Shown: positions 1 through 10,182 of the stretch, in pieces
How the letters are laid out: every line of letters begins with the position of its first letter
Position numbering within the stretch: position 1 is the stretch's first letter
DNA from: an uncultured Bifidobacterium sp.
GTDB taxonomy: Bacteria; Bacteroidota; Bacteroidia; AKYH767-A; OLB10
Assembly: GCA_964534995.1 (NCBI GenBank)
Contig: CAZHSC010000003.1
Span: forward strand, 4,252 to 68,251
Length of the DNA: 64,000 nucleotides
Direction: 5' to 3'
Made by a program: the position numbers and the translations under genes
The notes under the pieces: generated by a model
Seen by the model: the letters and a program-made list of their open reading frames with translations, nothing else
What the model was told of the DNA's origin: nothing
The model's database searches: none

Positions 1-92
1 CTGGCGTTTGTTTCACAAAAAATGCTTCACGGAGATCATTAGCTTTCATTCACAAGAAATGGGAATCCAGGCAAAAGGAGAAAATAAGCGAT

Positions 93-947
93 TTATCTTA
101 AAATAAAATTAAAGGTAATGCTTCCTTTTTGTTCTTCTACACCTTGAGGGCTTTGACTGAATTTCGCTTTCATGGCAGCTTCTTTCGATTTGCGCACCAA
201 TCCCGCGTTTGTTATCGTGCTTCCGCGAGCGGGTCCTTCGGCTCTCAATACATTCCCGTTTTTATCAACAATTATATCAATAACTATTTTGCCCTGCTCC
301 TGAGACTGGTCTTCCAGTCGGGGCAGTGACTTCATATTTCTGCCGGCCAGATCGAAGCCGACACCATTTCCGGGCCCATGGCCACCCCCGCTTCCGGTTC
401 CGCTTCCACCACCCGAACCCGTTCCTGTTCCATCGCCGGATCCTCCACCATCCCCCGTACCTTGCCCACCACTTCCTTTGCCACCCTGCGTACCCGTTGG
501 GGCTCCGCCGCTGCCTTTCTTTCCGGGATATAAACTCCTTGGATCCGCTTTTCGCTCTTCTACTTTGGCCAGTTCAGGTTGTTTGACAGTACTTACCGTT
601 GTGGGCTTTTTCACTTCCTTCTTCAACACCTTTTCCTCTTTCTTCTTCTCCTCTTTCTTTTTTTCGGGTGTATCAATACTTACCGTTTCTTCCAGGTCGG
701 AAGTGAGGATTTCTTCTTCATCTGCTTTAGAAATCGCCTGTTCAGGAGGAGTAGGTACAGCTTCGGGAGGTACGTCATTGAATTCCATCTCACCGAATTC
801 CACAAAACTGCCACCACCACCGCCGCCTGCAAGACCTTCTTCCCAGGGAGGGATAGGAGAGGAGATGTATAACAACATCATCAAAGCCAGTATGGCCGCG
901 TGAATAAGTAGCGTTAAACCCAGAGAACGGTATTGATAACTTTTCAT
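93..947 (-). CDS. tonB: TonB-family energy transducer
   Basis: N-terminal TM anchor (LTLLIHAAILALMMLLYI). Pro/Glu/Lys-rich spacer (KKKEEKKKEEK) and a long Gly/Ser/Thr linker. C-terminal TonB-C-like region (GKIVIDIIVDKNGNV...GSITFNFIL). Last gene of the exbB-exbD-tonB arrangement, overlapping exbD by 4 nt. Confidence 0.7.
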   Translation of the reverse strand: MKSYQYRSLGLTLLIHAAILALMMLLYISSPIPPWEEGLAGGGGGGSFVEFGEMEFNDVPPEAVPTPPEQAISKADEEEILTSDLEETVSIDTPEKKKEEKKKEEKVLKKEVKKPTTVSTVKQPELAKVEERKADPRSLYPGKKGSGGAPTGTQGGKGSGGQGTGDGGGSGDGTGTGSGGGSGTGSGGGHGPGNGVGFDLAGRNMKSLPRLEDQSQEQGKIVIDIIVDKNGNVLRAEGPARGSTITNAGLVRKSKEAAMKAKFSQSPQGVEEQKGSITFNFILR

Positions 948-1357
948 TGCTCGCCGGCCTGTTTGGTGAGGTTGGTAGCTGCCACCATTTTGATTTTATT
1001 TTTGTTGCCGATATCGAGAAGGAAAACTACTTCCTGCCAGGGGACGCTCTTGTCTACCTTCAGCAGGGCGGTTGGATCGGTTTGACCGGCTACGGCAGCA
1101 GTTACTGCGGCTTCTACCCCTTCACGGGGCACCACGTCTTTGTTTACCACAAATTGCAAATCGGGAGTTACCGAAATAACCACCGGATGTTTCATGCTTT
1201 GTATGCCTGTTTTTGAATTAGGCAATAGTAATTTCAAAACAGATGGCGTTGCCAGTGTAGAGGTAATCAGGAAAAAAAGCAAGAGGAAGAACATGATGTC
1301 ATTCAGTGAATGACTGTATACTTCCGATGCAGCTTGTTGTCGGCGACGAAGGTTCAT
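944..1357 (-). CDS. exbD: ExbD/TolR biopolymer transport protein
   Basis: 137 aa with a single N-terminal TM (IMFFLLLFFLITSTL) and an ExbD-like periplasmic domain. 4-nt overlaps with both neighbours. Confidence 0.8.
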   Translation of the reverse strand: MNLRRRQQAASEVYSHSLNDIMFFLLLFFLITSTLATPSVLKLLLPNSKTGIQSMKHPVVISVTPDLQFVVNKDVVPREGVEAAVTAAVAGQTDPTALLKVDKSVPWQEVVFLLDIGNKNKIKMVAATNLTKQAGEQ

Positions 1358-2076
1358 GGCTTCACGGGTTCTTCAAGAAGGTCAATAAACTGAACTGCGT
1401 TGATCTCCATTTTATTGATAACTCTGTCAACGCGCTGTACAAGATAATGGTAACAGGAATAGGCTATCATTCCAACAAGAAGACCTGCTGCGCTGGAGAT
1501 CATTTTAACATACAAACCTCCGGATATGGTGTCAATTTCAAGACTGTTTTGTAAAGAAATCTGGTAAAATATTTTGATTACCCCGAAGATGGTACCAAGA
1601 AATCCAAACATGGGAGCGATGCCAGCAATAGTGCCCAGGAAACCCAGGTTGCGCTCCATGGAAAAAACCTCCAGTTTCCCCTGGTTTTCAATGGCAGATT
1701 CAATTTCACGGATGGGTTTCCCCAGTCGCGCAAGGCCTTTGTCAATCATTCGTGCAATGGGGTTATCCGTTGCTTTGCACAAACTGCGTGCTGCCTGAAT
1801 ATTTCCCTGATGTACCTGGTCCCGGATTTGGTTCATGAAATTCTGGTCAAGCCGGCTGAATTTAATGATCACAAAAAGTCGCTCAAAGAAAATATATATG
1901 GCCAGCAGGCTTAGAATCCCAATGGGAATCAGGATGGGTCCACCTTTGCTTGCCATTTCCCATAGAGACATACTTTGCTCGGCAGGAGCAGCAGGTTGGG
2001 TAAGCGGGGCAACAGCTGCAGCGGCAGAATCGGCCAGGGTGCCGGCACCCTGGGTAATCTGAAGTATAAGGGACAT
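1354..2076 (-). CDS. exbB: MotA/TolQ/ExbB proton-channel protein
   Basis: 240 aa with three TM segments and a conserved MotA/ExbB core (IAPMFGFLGTIFGVIKIF). First gene of the operon. Confidence 0.8.
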   Translation of the reverse strand: MSLILQITQGAGTLADSAAAAVAPLTQPAAPAEQSMSLWEMASKGGPILIPIGILSLLAIYIFFERLFVIIKFSRLDQNFMNQIRDQVHQGNIQAARSLCKATDNPIARMIDKGLARLGKPIREIESAIENQGKLEVFSMERNLGFLGTIAGIAPMFGFLGTIFGVIKIFYQISLQNSLEIDTISGGLYVKMISSAAGLLVGMIAYSCYHYLVQRVDRVINKMEINAVQFIDLLEEPVKP

Positions 2077-2348
2077 ACGATGCGGGAATTAACTAAGTTT
2101 AAGAATATGTAAAGGTAGAATTCCGCTATGTGGGCTTTATTTGGGTAAGATACAATTGCTAACAATTTACTGTTAACAAGGAACAACCACAAAACGCCGT
2201 TGGTTGTAAATTATTGTAATGGATATTCAACTCCTGTTAAAGGGATTTTAATACTATAGTGGGCTGAAGAGGCAGACTTGTTTTTTATTAGGAACCGGAT
2301 TTTATGGAGACATAGAAAAAAGCAGCAGGAAAAACGGTTCATTACTAT

Positions 2349-2864
2349 TCACTCTTGAAACCAGGTGGAATACATCATGTAATTATTCGCGATACCTTCA
2401 ATCAGTCGGCGGCTTTGTTCGGGGTCGATGTCTTTAACTTTTTTTGCAGGAACCCCGGCGTAAATCGTGCCTTCCTCAACAATGGTGTTTTCCAATACTA
2501 CCGATCCTGCAGCGATGATGGAATTAGAATGAACGACTGCGTGATCCATAACGATGGCTCCCATTCCGATAAGTACATTGTCGTGAAGTGTACAGCCGTG
2601 TACCAGGGCGTTGTGGCCGATAGATACATTGTTTCCGATGATGGTTTTGGCCTTCTGATACGTGCAATGGATCACGGCACCATCCTGGATGTTTACTTTA
2701 TTGCCAATGGTGATCGTATTGACGTCCCCTCTTACCACGGCATTAAACCAAACACTGCAGTGATCGCCCATGATCACCTGACCTACTACAGTTGCATTAT
2801 CAGCAAGGAAACATTCTTTGCCAAACGAGGGATGGATACCGTGTACTGCTTTGATCAGTGCCAT
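2349..2864 (-). CDS. gamma-class carbonic anhydrase / left-handed beta-helix (hexapeptide) family protein
   Basis: 171 aa with hexapeptide repeats and histidines typical of the PaaY/YrdA/CaiE family (DNATVVGQVIMGDHCSVWFNAVVRGD...IGHNALVHGC). Confidence 0.75.
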   Translation of the reverse strand: MALIKAVHGIHPSFGKECFLADNATVVGQVIMGDHCSVWFNAVVRGDVNTITIGNKVNIQDGAVIHCTYQKAKTIIGNNVSIGHNALVHGCTLHDNVLIGMGAIVMDHAVVHSNSIIAAGSVVLENTIVEEGTIYAGVPAKKVKDIDPEQSRRLIEGIANNYMMYSTWFQE

Positions 2865-2966
2865 GTGTTCTTTATATCTTTATTTAAGTGGATTTATCGG
2901 GATGTTAAGGTGTCAACACCATTGCTAAATGCAAGTGACGCGGATATTGTATGTCCATTAAAGTAG

Positions 2967-3503
2967 TCAGGCCGGCTGAAGATTCCGGAATATGGCATAT
3001 TCGGCTTTTGATATGGAATGCTGTACGGTTTCCTCTCCCAGGGCATCATTGAATTTTTCGAATTTAAGGCCGCATTTTTCAAGTACACGAACCGAGGCAA
3101 GGTTAGCCACCGCCGATCGTCCAATGATACGGGGCAGTTGCAGCGTATTGAAGCCGTACTCGATGCAGCGACGTGCCACTTCGGTAGCGTATCCTTTTCC
3201 CCAGTACCTGCGGTAAAGCCGGTAACCGATATCCACCTCTCTTTCGTCAACCAGATATTTAAGGCCGCACCAGCCAAGGATACTGCCGTCATCTTTGTTT
3301 TCAACTACCCATCTCCCCATACCGTATTTACGGTAGGCGTCATAGTTTCTGAGGAACTCGGTAGCCTCTTCAATGCTTTTAAAGGCCTGGTCGCCGGTGT
3401 ACTTCAATACTTCGGGGTCCAGGTTGAGTTCGTAAAAAGCGGCTCCATCTTCAGGTTGCATTTCACGCATCCTGCATCGTTTGGTTTCGAGAAGGTAGTT
3501 CAT
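2967..3503 (-). CDS. GNAT family N-acetyltransferase (RimJ/RimL-like)
   Basis: 178 aa with an acetyl-CoA-binding motif (RRYWGKGYATEVARRCIEYGF). Confidence 0.7.
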   Translation of the reverse strand: MNYLLETKRCRMREMQPEDGAAFYELNLDPEVLKYTGDQAFKSIEEATEFLRNYDAYRKYGMGRWVVENKDDGSILGWCGLKYLVDEREVDIGYRLYRRYWGKGYATEVARRCIEYGFNTLQLPRIIGRSAVANLASVRVLEKCGLKFEKFNDALGEETVQHSISKAEYAIFRNLQPA

Positions 3504-5236
3504 GGTGAATGAAGAATAAAACGGTTAGACTTATTAAAGCTATAATCACTGTTGGTGATCCTGAGGGTGTACATGCCATTGCCCAGGTTTTCGGCAGGCA
3601 ATGGCAGGGTGATTACTCCAAAAGCGGCTAAGAAGACAGACTGATACATCAGTTTTCCTTCGGCAGAGAATATTTCCAGTCTGCAGGGTTCTTCACGTGT
3701 ATGGCTTACCGAAATTTGAGCAGATGTTGCATTGACAGGGTTAGGGTAAATAATGAAACCGGAGGAAGGAATGAGGGGATCTACCCTCTGAACGGTGGAT
3801 GTTTGTGACAAGCCGGCATTGTCAACAATATTCAGGCGGTAAAAAACAGTGGCGTTAATGGCTAACGGGTCTGTCCAGGTGTAATCGGTGATGATTCCCG
3901 GACCACCCGCAGGCGCTTTGCTGCCTGCCAGGTTGAAGAGAAGCGCATCGGATGATTTTTCAATGTCGATGCGGTCCAGGTTGATTTCATTCCCGGTAGT
4001 CCAGTACAGTTGTGCCTTGTTTTCAACATTTTTCGCACTGAAGCTTAACAGTTCAAATGCCGGGGGATTTCCGTTACGTGTGTACCATACCGGCGCCGTC
4101 CATATTTTATCTCCGTCAGCCTGCGTGATTTCTGCGAAATAATAATAAGTAGAACCGGCCGGTAGTGTCACATTAAGATGAACGGAATCGCTGGCGGCAC
4201 CCTGCGCTGTGAAAATGACAGTAGCCGATGTGCCGCTGCCCGGAATCCCCGCCCATATTTTAAGGTGGTTGATGCTTTCATTATCCGGGTCGCCGGGTTT
4301 TACATAAATAGTGGCAGGCAAAGAGCCGGAGCAAATACTCCCCATCCCGTAACCATTTACCGAAAATTCCACACGGCTGTTCCAGTCATCGCTGGCATAA
4401 AAACTTCTGCGTTTAAATGCTTCCATAATATGCTCACGTTTCAGGCTGTCCGTAATTACTACCGTTCTTCCGGGATGTGTTCTTCCAAAAACGATATAAT
4501 GGTTATCATGGTCGATGCCGGGCGCAATATGGTAGCCTTTTTTCAGCAGGTCGAGGTACCTGTCGAAGTAATTAAACGAAGGCAGGCTGCTATAAGTGGT
4601 ATCGCTTGAAAAGGCGGGGCCATTCCTCAGCGCGAGGCCAATGATGGCCGAATCCCATACCACATTGTAAGGTGCTGCAAGCAGGTTATTGTAATCGGTT
4701 TCATCCATGTGGGCCAGGTAAGCGAAGGCATCGTCACCGCGTTGCGCAATCTTTGTAAATAATCCGTTGTAATCGGTTTCGCCGTTGTAAATGTCATAAT
4801 TGCCGTTTTCCCAACCTATGAGGCTGTCAATTCCATGAATGATCACATGACCTCCACTGCTGATAACACCCCATTCCATACCGTAGAGGCTGGTAAAAAT
4901 GTGATCCTGGTTTACGGAATCGGCCTCCAGGATTCCTTTATGATAATCCGCCTTTGCCATACCCGCACTGCCATGGTTGTGATCCGAAATTCCCCAAAAG
5001 TCAACCTGCAGGCTATGTTGCCGGATGTATTCAAAACAAGATTTTACCGTGTGATAATTGGTGTCATTGGCCTGGTTTCCGTCAGAATACTCAGAGTGCG
5101 AATGGATACTTCCATACCAATACTGTGTCTGTGCAGGCAGCAATAAGGGAGAGCATAGTAAAAGCAACAGGAGCGCAAGGCAAAACAATAGCCGGCCATA
5201 GACCTTTTCAAACGCTTGAGTAGATTGCTTTTTCAT
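3500..5236 (-). CDS. secreted PHP-domain (polymerase/histidinol-phosphatase-like) metallo-phosphoesterase with T9SS C-terminal sorting domain
   Basis: Signal peptide. PHP signature (WYGSIHSHSEYSDG). C-terminal ~80 aa matches the type-A T9SS sorting domain (FIIYPNPVNATSAQISV...GMYTLRITNSDYSFNKSNRFIL). Confidence 0.6.
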   Translation of the reverse strand: MKKQSTQAFEKVYGRLLFCLALLLLLLCSPLLLPAQTQYWYGSIHSHSEYSDGNQANDTNYHTVKSCFEYIRQHSLQVDFWGISDHNHGSAGMAKADYHKGILEADSVNQDHIFTSLYGMEWGVISSGGHVIIHGIDSLIGWENGNYDIYNGETDYNGLFTKIAQRGDDAFAYLAHMDETDYNNLLAAPYNVVWDSAIIGLALRNGPAFSSDTTYSSLPSFNYFDRYLDLLKKGYHIAPGIDHDNHYIVFGRTHPGRTVVITDSLKREHIMEAFKRRSFYASDDWNSRVEFSVNGYGMGSICSGSLPATIYVKPGDPDNESINHLKIWAGIPGSGTSATVIFTAQGAASDSVHLNVTLPAGSTYYYFAEITQADGDKIWTAPVWYTRNGNPPAFELLSFSAKNVENKAQLYWTTGNEINLDRIDIEKSSDALLFNLAGSKAPAGGPGIITDYTWTDPLAINATVFYRLNIVDNAGLSQTSTVQRVDPLIPSSGFIIYPNPVNATSAQISVSHTREEPCRLEIFSAEGKLMYQSVFLAAFGVITLPLPAENLGNGMYTLRITNSDYSFNKSNRFILHSP

Positions 5237-5370
5237 TTTAGCATGCTGATGTACAAGTCATTAAATACCACAGCCTTTTTCAAATATACTAAATTCCATC
5301 TTGAATTCATTGATAGTTAACTAACTCTGTCAAAATTAAGATCATTTTTTCATATTCTCTCCTGCTTATT

Positions 5371-5378
5371 TACTTTTG
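5371..5378 (+). promoter_or_regulatory. candidate Bacteroidetes-type -7 box (TACTTTTG) upstream of the 5411 gene
   Basis: Matches the TAnnTTTG consensus about 33 nt upstream of the start codon. No clear -33 TTG element. Confidence 0.25.
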
Positions 5379-5410
5379 CCAAACATTTTTGTAGCTTAAC
5401 CAACCGAAAA

Positions 5411-6043
5411 ATGATGTTCCCCCTAAGCAGTTCTCCGATGAAAATAAGTGTCGCAGCATTCAAATTATTTTTTATCCTTTTGATGGCAGTTGCAGGGAAT
5501 ATGAATGCGCAGGACAGTCTTAAAAAATCTGGAGGTACCAGGAAGCCGGTGGCTACAAAAAGCCCGGTTGTCGCTTTTGACAGAAGGGTGTTAATCATTG
5601 ACAGCCTTACGGCCGGAATGGAGAAAATGCAATTTCGGGAGGATTCCATCCTGAGGATCCTCCGTCAGCAGGAAGAGAAGATCAGCAGTTCAACTGCGGA
5701 GATTACTTCACTCAGGGATGAAAACGGGAAACTCAAGGCCCGTCTTGAAGATGCTCAGGGCGATCAATTGCAATCCTCGCATACCAATTCCATACTTTTT
5801 ATTTTTAATGTTGGTGTAGCGATATTTTTATTGATTGCCTTGTTATGGATGTTTTTGCGCAGGAAAAATGAGGAAGAAGGTACAAGTCCGGCACTGCCAC
5901 GCCGAAAAGCTGCGCGTTCCGGAGAAGAGGAGAATTTCGACCATAAACTGGAACGTATACAAAAACTCGGAAGTTTAAGGGATAAGGGGCTGTTGACAGA
6001 GGATGAATTTAATGTTCAGAAAAAGCAGATCCTGGGGGAATAA
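5411..6043 (+). CDS. membrane-anchored coiled-coil protein with SHOCT-like C-terminal motif
   Basis: N-terminal signal/TM, a coiled-coil region and a second TM. C-terminus (GSLRDKGLLTEDEFNVQKKQILGE) resembles a SHOCT short C-terminal domain. The real start may be an internal Met (MKISVAAF...). Confidence 0.45.
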   Translation: MMFPLSSSPMKISVAAFKLFFILLMAVAGNMNAQDSLKKSGGTRKPVATKSPVVAFDRRVLIIDSLTAGMEKMQFREDSILRILRQQEEKISSSTAEITSLRDENGKLKARLEDAQGDQLQSSHTNSILFIFNVGVAIFLLIALLWMFLRRKNEEEGTSPALPRRKAARSGEEENFDHKLERIQKLGSLRDKGLLTEDEFNVQKKQILGE

Positions 6044-6058
6044 ATTTAAGATATTATC

Positions 6059-6694
6059 ATGCGCAGCATCAGCTCTCAGTTCCGAAAAGTCACTCCGGTT
6101 TTATTGATATCCTGGCTTTTTACTACCCTGTCATTGCTGCTTGCCATTTTCGTAAGTTCAGTAAAGGAAATACCGCTGGATTATTTCACACAGGATCCCA
6201 ATGCCCAGTTCGACGCCCCTTTTTACATCGGCTTCTTCAGCAATGTGGGCATTATGTTATGGAGCGCTTCGGTAACGATTTGCTTTCACGGTGCCTGGCG
6301 CGTGGATGCGGTTGCTGCCCCACGGGCACAACAGTTTCTTGTTTTCAGCGGCATACTTACTCTCATTATGACGCTGGATGACCTGTTCCAGCTTCATGAA
6401 CTTGTGTTTCCTGAATATTTCAATATTTCAGCAAACATGATCTACCTGACGTATCTTAATATTTATCTCATTTATTTTATACGATTCAGAAGGCAAATCC
6501 TGAATTCGGATTTCATCGCCCTGCTGCTTGCTTTTTTCTTTCTCGGACTATCCACAGTGATAGATTTGCTGCCATTGCCCATCGAAAAAGATACCTTTCT
6601 TGAAGACGCCATGAAGCTACTCGGCGCCGTATCGTGGCTGGTGTATTTTGTACGGACTGTGAATGATCAGTTTGTATCAGGCAAGGGAAATTAA
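6059..6694 (+). CDS. polytopic inner-membrane protein, unknown function
   Basis: 211 aa with 5-6 hydrophobic TM segments and no recognisable catalytic motif. Confidence 0.4.
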   Translation: MRSISSQFRKVTPVLLISWLFTTLSLLLAIFVSSVKEIPLDYFTQDPNAQFDAPFYIGFFSNVGIMLWSASVTICFHGAWRVDAVAAPRAQQFLVFSGILTLIMTLDDLFQLHELVFPEYFNISANMIYLTYLNIYLIYFIRFRRQILNSDFIALLLAFFFLGLSTVIDLLPLPIEKDTFLEDAMKLLGAVSWLVYFVRTVNDQFVSGKGN

Positions 6695-6953
6695 AATAGA
6701 GATTTATTATAAAAGTTAATTGTGCCATATGTAAAAACGAATTTAATCAGGTATAAACTGCATTTTTAAGCGGAATTTTACAAACCGGGTTTTAAAAAGT
6801 ACTTTTTTGAAATAACAATTAATGCCTAAAATGTCCAACAATTTTTTAATCCCTGGGGTCGATGATTGATTTTGAAGTAAGATGACAGATGATTTAAATT
6901 ACATGAATATTATGCTTTAAAGGAATATTTAGGTTTAATAAGACGTTTTTAAC

Positions 6954-8873
6954 TTACACCACCCCCTCCTTGATGCTTTCAACCACAGCCGGGTCAAGCA
7001 GGGTGGAAGTGTCGCCGAGGTTTTCCATCTCGCCCTCAGCAATTTTGCGAAGTATACGTCGCATGATTTTTCCGGACCTCGTTTTTGGCAATCCGCTCAC
7101 AAACTGAATTTTATCAGGTTTGGCTATGGCGCCAATGATCTTTGTAACCATGGCCAGGATTTCATGCCTGACCTGGTCGGGCTGGTTGGGCATATGGTCG
7201 CAAATAACGTAGGCGTAGATGCCCTGCCCCTTGATGGTGTGCGGATAACCCACCACCGCCGATTCAATGACGTGTGGATGTTCATTGATGGCGTTTTCGA
7301 CTTCCGCGGTACCCAGGCGGTGGCCCGAAACATTCAATACATCGTCTACGCGTCCGATGATGCGATAATTACCCTCATAATCGCGCCTGCTTCCGTCGCC
7401 GGTAAAATACAGGTTTTTAAAGGCCGAGAAATAGTTTAAACGGCAGCGCTCATGATCGCCATAGGTAGTACGCAGCATGCCCGGCCAGGGGAATTTAATG
7501 CACAGGTTTCCTTCCGCGTTCATGTCCTTTACTTCTGTTCCGTTATGATCAACAAGTACAGGCTGTATGCCCGGCAACGGCAAGGTGGCGTAGGTAGGTT
7601 TGGCCGGTGTGATATGCGCCAGCGGGCTGATCATGATGCCCCCTGTTTCGGTCTGCCACCAGGTATCGATTACGGAACAGTTGCCCTTGCCCACTGTATC
7701 GTAATACCACTGCCAGGCTTCTTCATTGATGGGTTCACCCACCGATCCCAGTGTTTTTAACGATGCTAACGAATAGGGGTATACGAATTCATCGCCATAA
7801 GCCATCAGCGATCGTATGGCGGTAGGTGCGGTGTAAAAAATATTGACTTTGTATTTGTCGATAACCTGCCAGAACCTGCCTGCATCCGGCCAGGTGGGTA
7901 TCCCTTCAAACATAAGCGTGGTGGCGCCTTCCAGCAATGGGCCGTACACGATGTAACTGTGCCCGGTAATCCAGCCTATATCCGCTGTGCACCAGTAAAG
8001 ATCACCCTCTTCATACTGGAACACATTCCGGAATGTATAGGCGGCCCATACCATGTATCCCCCGGTGGTGTGAACTACCCCTTTGGGTTTTCCGGTAGAT
8101 CCCGAAGTATAAAGTATAAACAACATGTCTTCCGCTTCCATGGCTTCCGCTTCACAGGTCTCCGGGCATTCCCGGATGGCCTCATGCCACCATACATCAC
8201 GGCCTTCTGTCCATGTGATTTCGCTGAGAGTATGTCTCAGCACCACTGCTGTTTCCAATCCCGGACATGATAGCAGCGCTTCGTCAACAATTTCTTTGAG
8301 GGCAATGGCTTTGGGTCCCCTGAAAGCCCCGTCGGCAGTTATGATCATCCTGCATTGTGAATCGTTGATTCTGTCGCTGAGACTTTGTGCAGAAAATCCG
8401 GCAAATACTACTGAGTGTATGGCTCCTATTCTTGCACAGGCAAGCATCGCAATGGCTGCCTCGGGAACCATAGGTAAGTAGATACATACCCTGTCCCCTT
8501 TCTTAATGCCCAGCTTCTTTAACATATTCGCCGTTTTGCATACTTCAGCATGTAACTGGCGATAGGTAAGGTGTCGCTGGTGTTTTTCGGGATTGTTCGG
8601 CTCCCACTGAATCGCGATCTTGTCGCCCCTGGCGGATAAGTGCCGGTCAAGACAATTTTCAGTGATATTCAGTTGGGCGCCTTCAAACCATTTTACCCGG
8701 AAGGAATCAAAATTCCAGTCGAGTACAGTGTCCCAGGGTTTCTTCCATGTGAACTCTTCTGCTACCGAAGCCCAGAATTTTTCCGGATCTTCCACACTCT
8801 TTCGGTACGCTTCGTGATAGTCGGCGATGTTTTTTATCTTTGATTTGATCATGATCATGTGTAGCTGATTCAA
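6954..8873 (-). CDS. acs: acetyl-CoA synthetase (AMP-forming)
   Basis: 639 aa. AMP-binding signature YTSGSTGKPKGV plus WWQTETGG and a C-terminal PKTRSGKIMRR motif. Confidence 0.9.
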   Translation of the reverse strand: MNQLHMIMIKSKIKNIADYHEAYRKSVEDPEKFWASVAEEFTWKKPWDTVLDWNFDSFRVKWFEGAQLNITENCLDRHLSARGDKIAIQWEPNNPEKHQRHLTYRQLHAEVCKTANMLKKLGIKKGDRVCIYLPMVPEAAIAMLACARIGAIHSVVFAGFSAQSLSDRINDSQCRMIITADGAFRGPKAIALKEIVDEALLSCPGLETAVVLRHTLSEITWTEGRDVWWHEAIRECPETCEAEAMEAEDMLFILYTSGSTGKPKGVVHTTGGYMVWAAYTFRNVFQYEEGDLYWCTADIGWITGHSYIVYGPLLEGATTLMFEGIPTWPDAGRFWQVIDKYKVNIFYTAPTAIRSLMAYGDEFVYPYSLASLKTLGSVGEPINEEAWQWYYDTVGKGNCSVIDTWWQTETGGIMISPLAHITPAKPTYATLPLPGIQPVLVDHNGTEVKDMNAEGNLCIKFPWPGMLRTTYGDHERCRLNYFSAFKNLYFTGDGSRRDYEGNYRIIGRVDDVLNVSGHRLGTAEVENAINEHPHVIESAVVGYPHTIKGQGIYAYVICDHMPNQPDQVRHEILAMVTKIIGAIAKPDKIQFVSGLPKTRSGKIMRRILRKIAEGEMENLGDTSTLLDPAVVESIKEGVV

Positions 8874-8994
8874 AATTACAATTCCTCAGGGTATCTCGAT
8901 GTTACCCCTGCCATTATTTTTCAGGTCAGGCCAAAACTGTAAGAATTTTGCTCTTTTACACTACTTACAGCATGCTTACGCTTATTTTGCTGTA

Positions 8995-9330
8995 ATGAAT
9001 GGCCGTGTACTTATCCTCAGTGTGTTTCTTCTGTCTGCTGCTGTTGTCAGGGCCGACAAGAATACCGAGTTGATATTAAAAGTGCCTTCGCTGAACGAAG
9101 CAAGTGTAAACAGGATCAGGATTCAGTTGAGTTGCCTGGAGGGCGTCAGGTTTTGCGGGTACCATGTGGAATCATCCTGCCTGTTGCTGGTGTACAATAA
9201 AAACACTGTATCGGATCCTGATATCATTGCTACGCTTGTTTGCGCCCTGAACAGAAAAATGGAAGTGCTGCCCTTAAAGGGTTATAGTATTTACGATGTT
9301 ATTGACGGAAAATATGTCCGTGCCGGTTAA
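8995..9330 (+). CDS. small secreted hypothetical protein
   Basis: Start adjusted to the internal ATG at 8995, which gives a signal peptide (MNGRVLILSVFLLSAAVVRA). No recognisable domain. Confidence 0.35.
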   Translation: MNGRVLILSVFLLSAAVVRADKNTELILKVPSLNEASVNRIRIQLSCLEGVRFCGYHVESSCLLLVYNKNTVSDPDIIATLVCALNRKMEVLPLKGYSIYDVIDGKYVRAG

Positions 9331-9339
9331 CAGACGCTG

Positions 9340-10107
9340 TCATTCAACAGAGGGTCCTCTGCGGATGGCCGATTCCATGTCGGATTTTATTTTTTCTTTT
9401 AGCTGGCCCAGGTTTTTATCCGTCATTCCTGCGGTGGGATAAGGGGGTAGCCATTCGGCGTAAAGGATGCCGGGACTTAATTCAAAGGGCCTTTTAGGCG
9501 ACAATAATGAATCGGTGCCGTGAAGTACCAGTGCGGCTATGGGCAATTGCGAAGTTACTGCTAGCTGAAAAGCCCCGTCTTTAAATTCCAGCAAGGGTAA
9601 TTCGCTGAGGTTTCTGGTTCCCTCCGGCGCCAGGAATACGGAAATGCCTTCCCGCAAGGAGGCCAGCATCTTTTCAATACTTCTGTGCCGGTCTTTTTTA
9701 TCGGTCCTGTTTACGGTGATATAAAGATTTTTGATCACATAGCCCAATAAAGGTACCTTCGATAGTTCGGCCTTGCTTAAAAACCGAAAGGTGTGTTGGC
9801 ACGCGAGCGCGTAGGCGGGGATGTCAAGCAGTGAACGGTGATTGGAAATGAAAATATAGACCTGATTCGCCTGCAGGATTTCAGCGTTTTTGATTTTTAA
9901 ACGAATGAAGAAAGCGGAAAATAAAAACTCCGCCCACAGCCTGGAAAGTCGGTGTGCCATGGCAGGACTCTTTTCCCGCGGGTAACAGTTGAATAAGATG
10001 AAATAAGCCGGTATCACCATCAAAAAAGACAAGGCAAATGGTAGGAGGCAATAACAGGTGAAAATTATTTTGAACAATCTTTTCATGGTTAAAACAAGGT
10101 ATAGCAT
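9340..10107 (-). CDS. plsC: 1-acyl-sn-glycerol-3-phosphate acyltransferase
   Basis: HX4D acyltransferase motif (NHRSLLDIPA), PEGTR motif and an N-terminal TM. Confidence 0.75.
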   Translation of the reverse strand: MLYLVLTMKRLFKIIFTCYCLLPFALSFLMVIPAYFILFNCYPREKSPAMAHRLSRLWAEFLFSAFFIRLKIKNAEILQANQVYIFISNHRSLLDIPAYALACQHTFRFLSKAELSKVPLLGYVIKNLYITVNRTDKKDRHRSIEKMLASLREGISVFLAPEGTRNLSELPLLEFKDGAFQLAVTSQLPIAALVLHGTDSLLSPKRPFELSPGILYAEWLPPYPTAGMTDKNLGQLKEKIKSDMESAIRRGPSVE

Positions 10108-10182
10108 GATGTGACCAATGGCTTTACGCAGTTGCTGTTAAACGATGCCTTACAGGGCAAAGCCTTCAGGATGCTACCGGAA

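Noticed and set aside
2355-2966. Long antisense ORFs such as 2355..2966 (+), 3018..3512 (+), 12807..13337 (+), 39724..40269 (+), 42547..43014 (+), 46274..46846 (-) and 57424..57813 (-).
   Set aside because: Each lies entirely inside a well-supported gene on the opposite strand and has no recognisable motifs. These are frame artefacts of GC-biased coding DNA.
2894-3304. 136-aa minus-strand ORF overlapping the GNAT gene in another frame.
   Set aside because: It has no signal or domain features and is fully contained within the GNAT acetyltransferase gene. Spurious.
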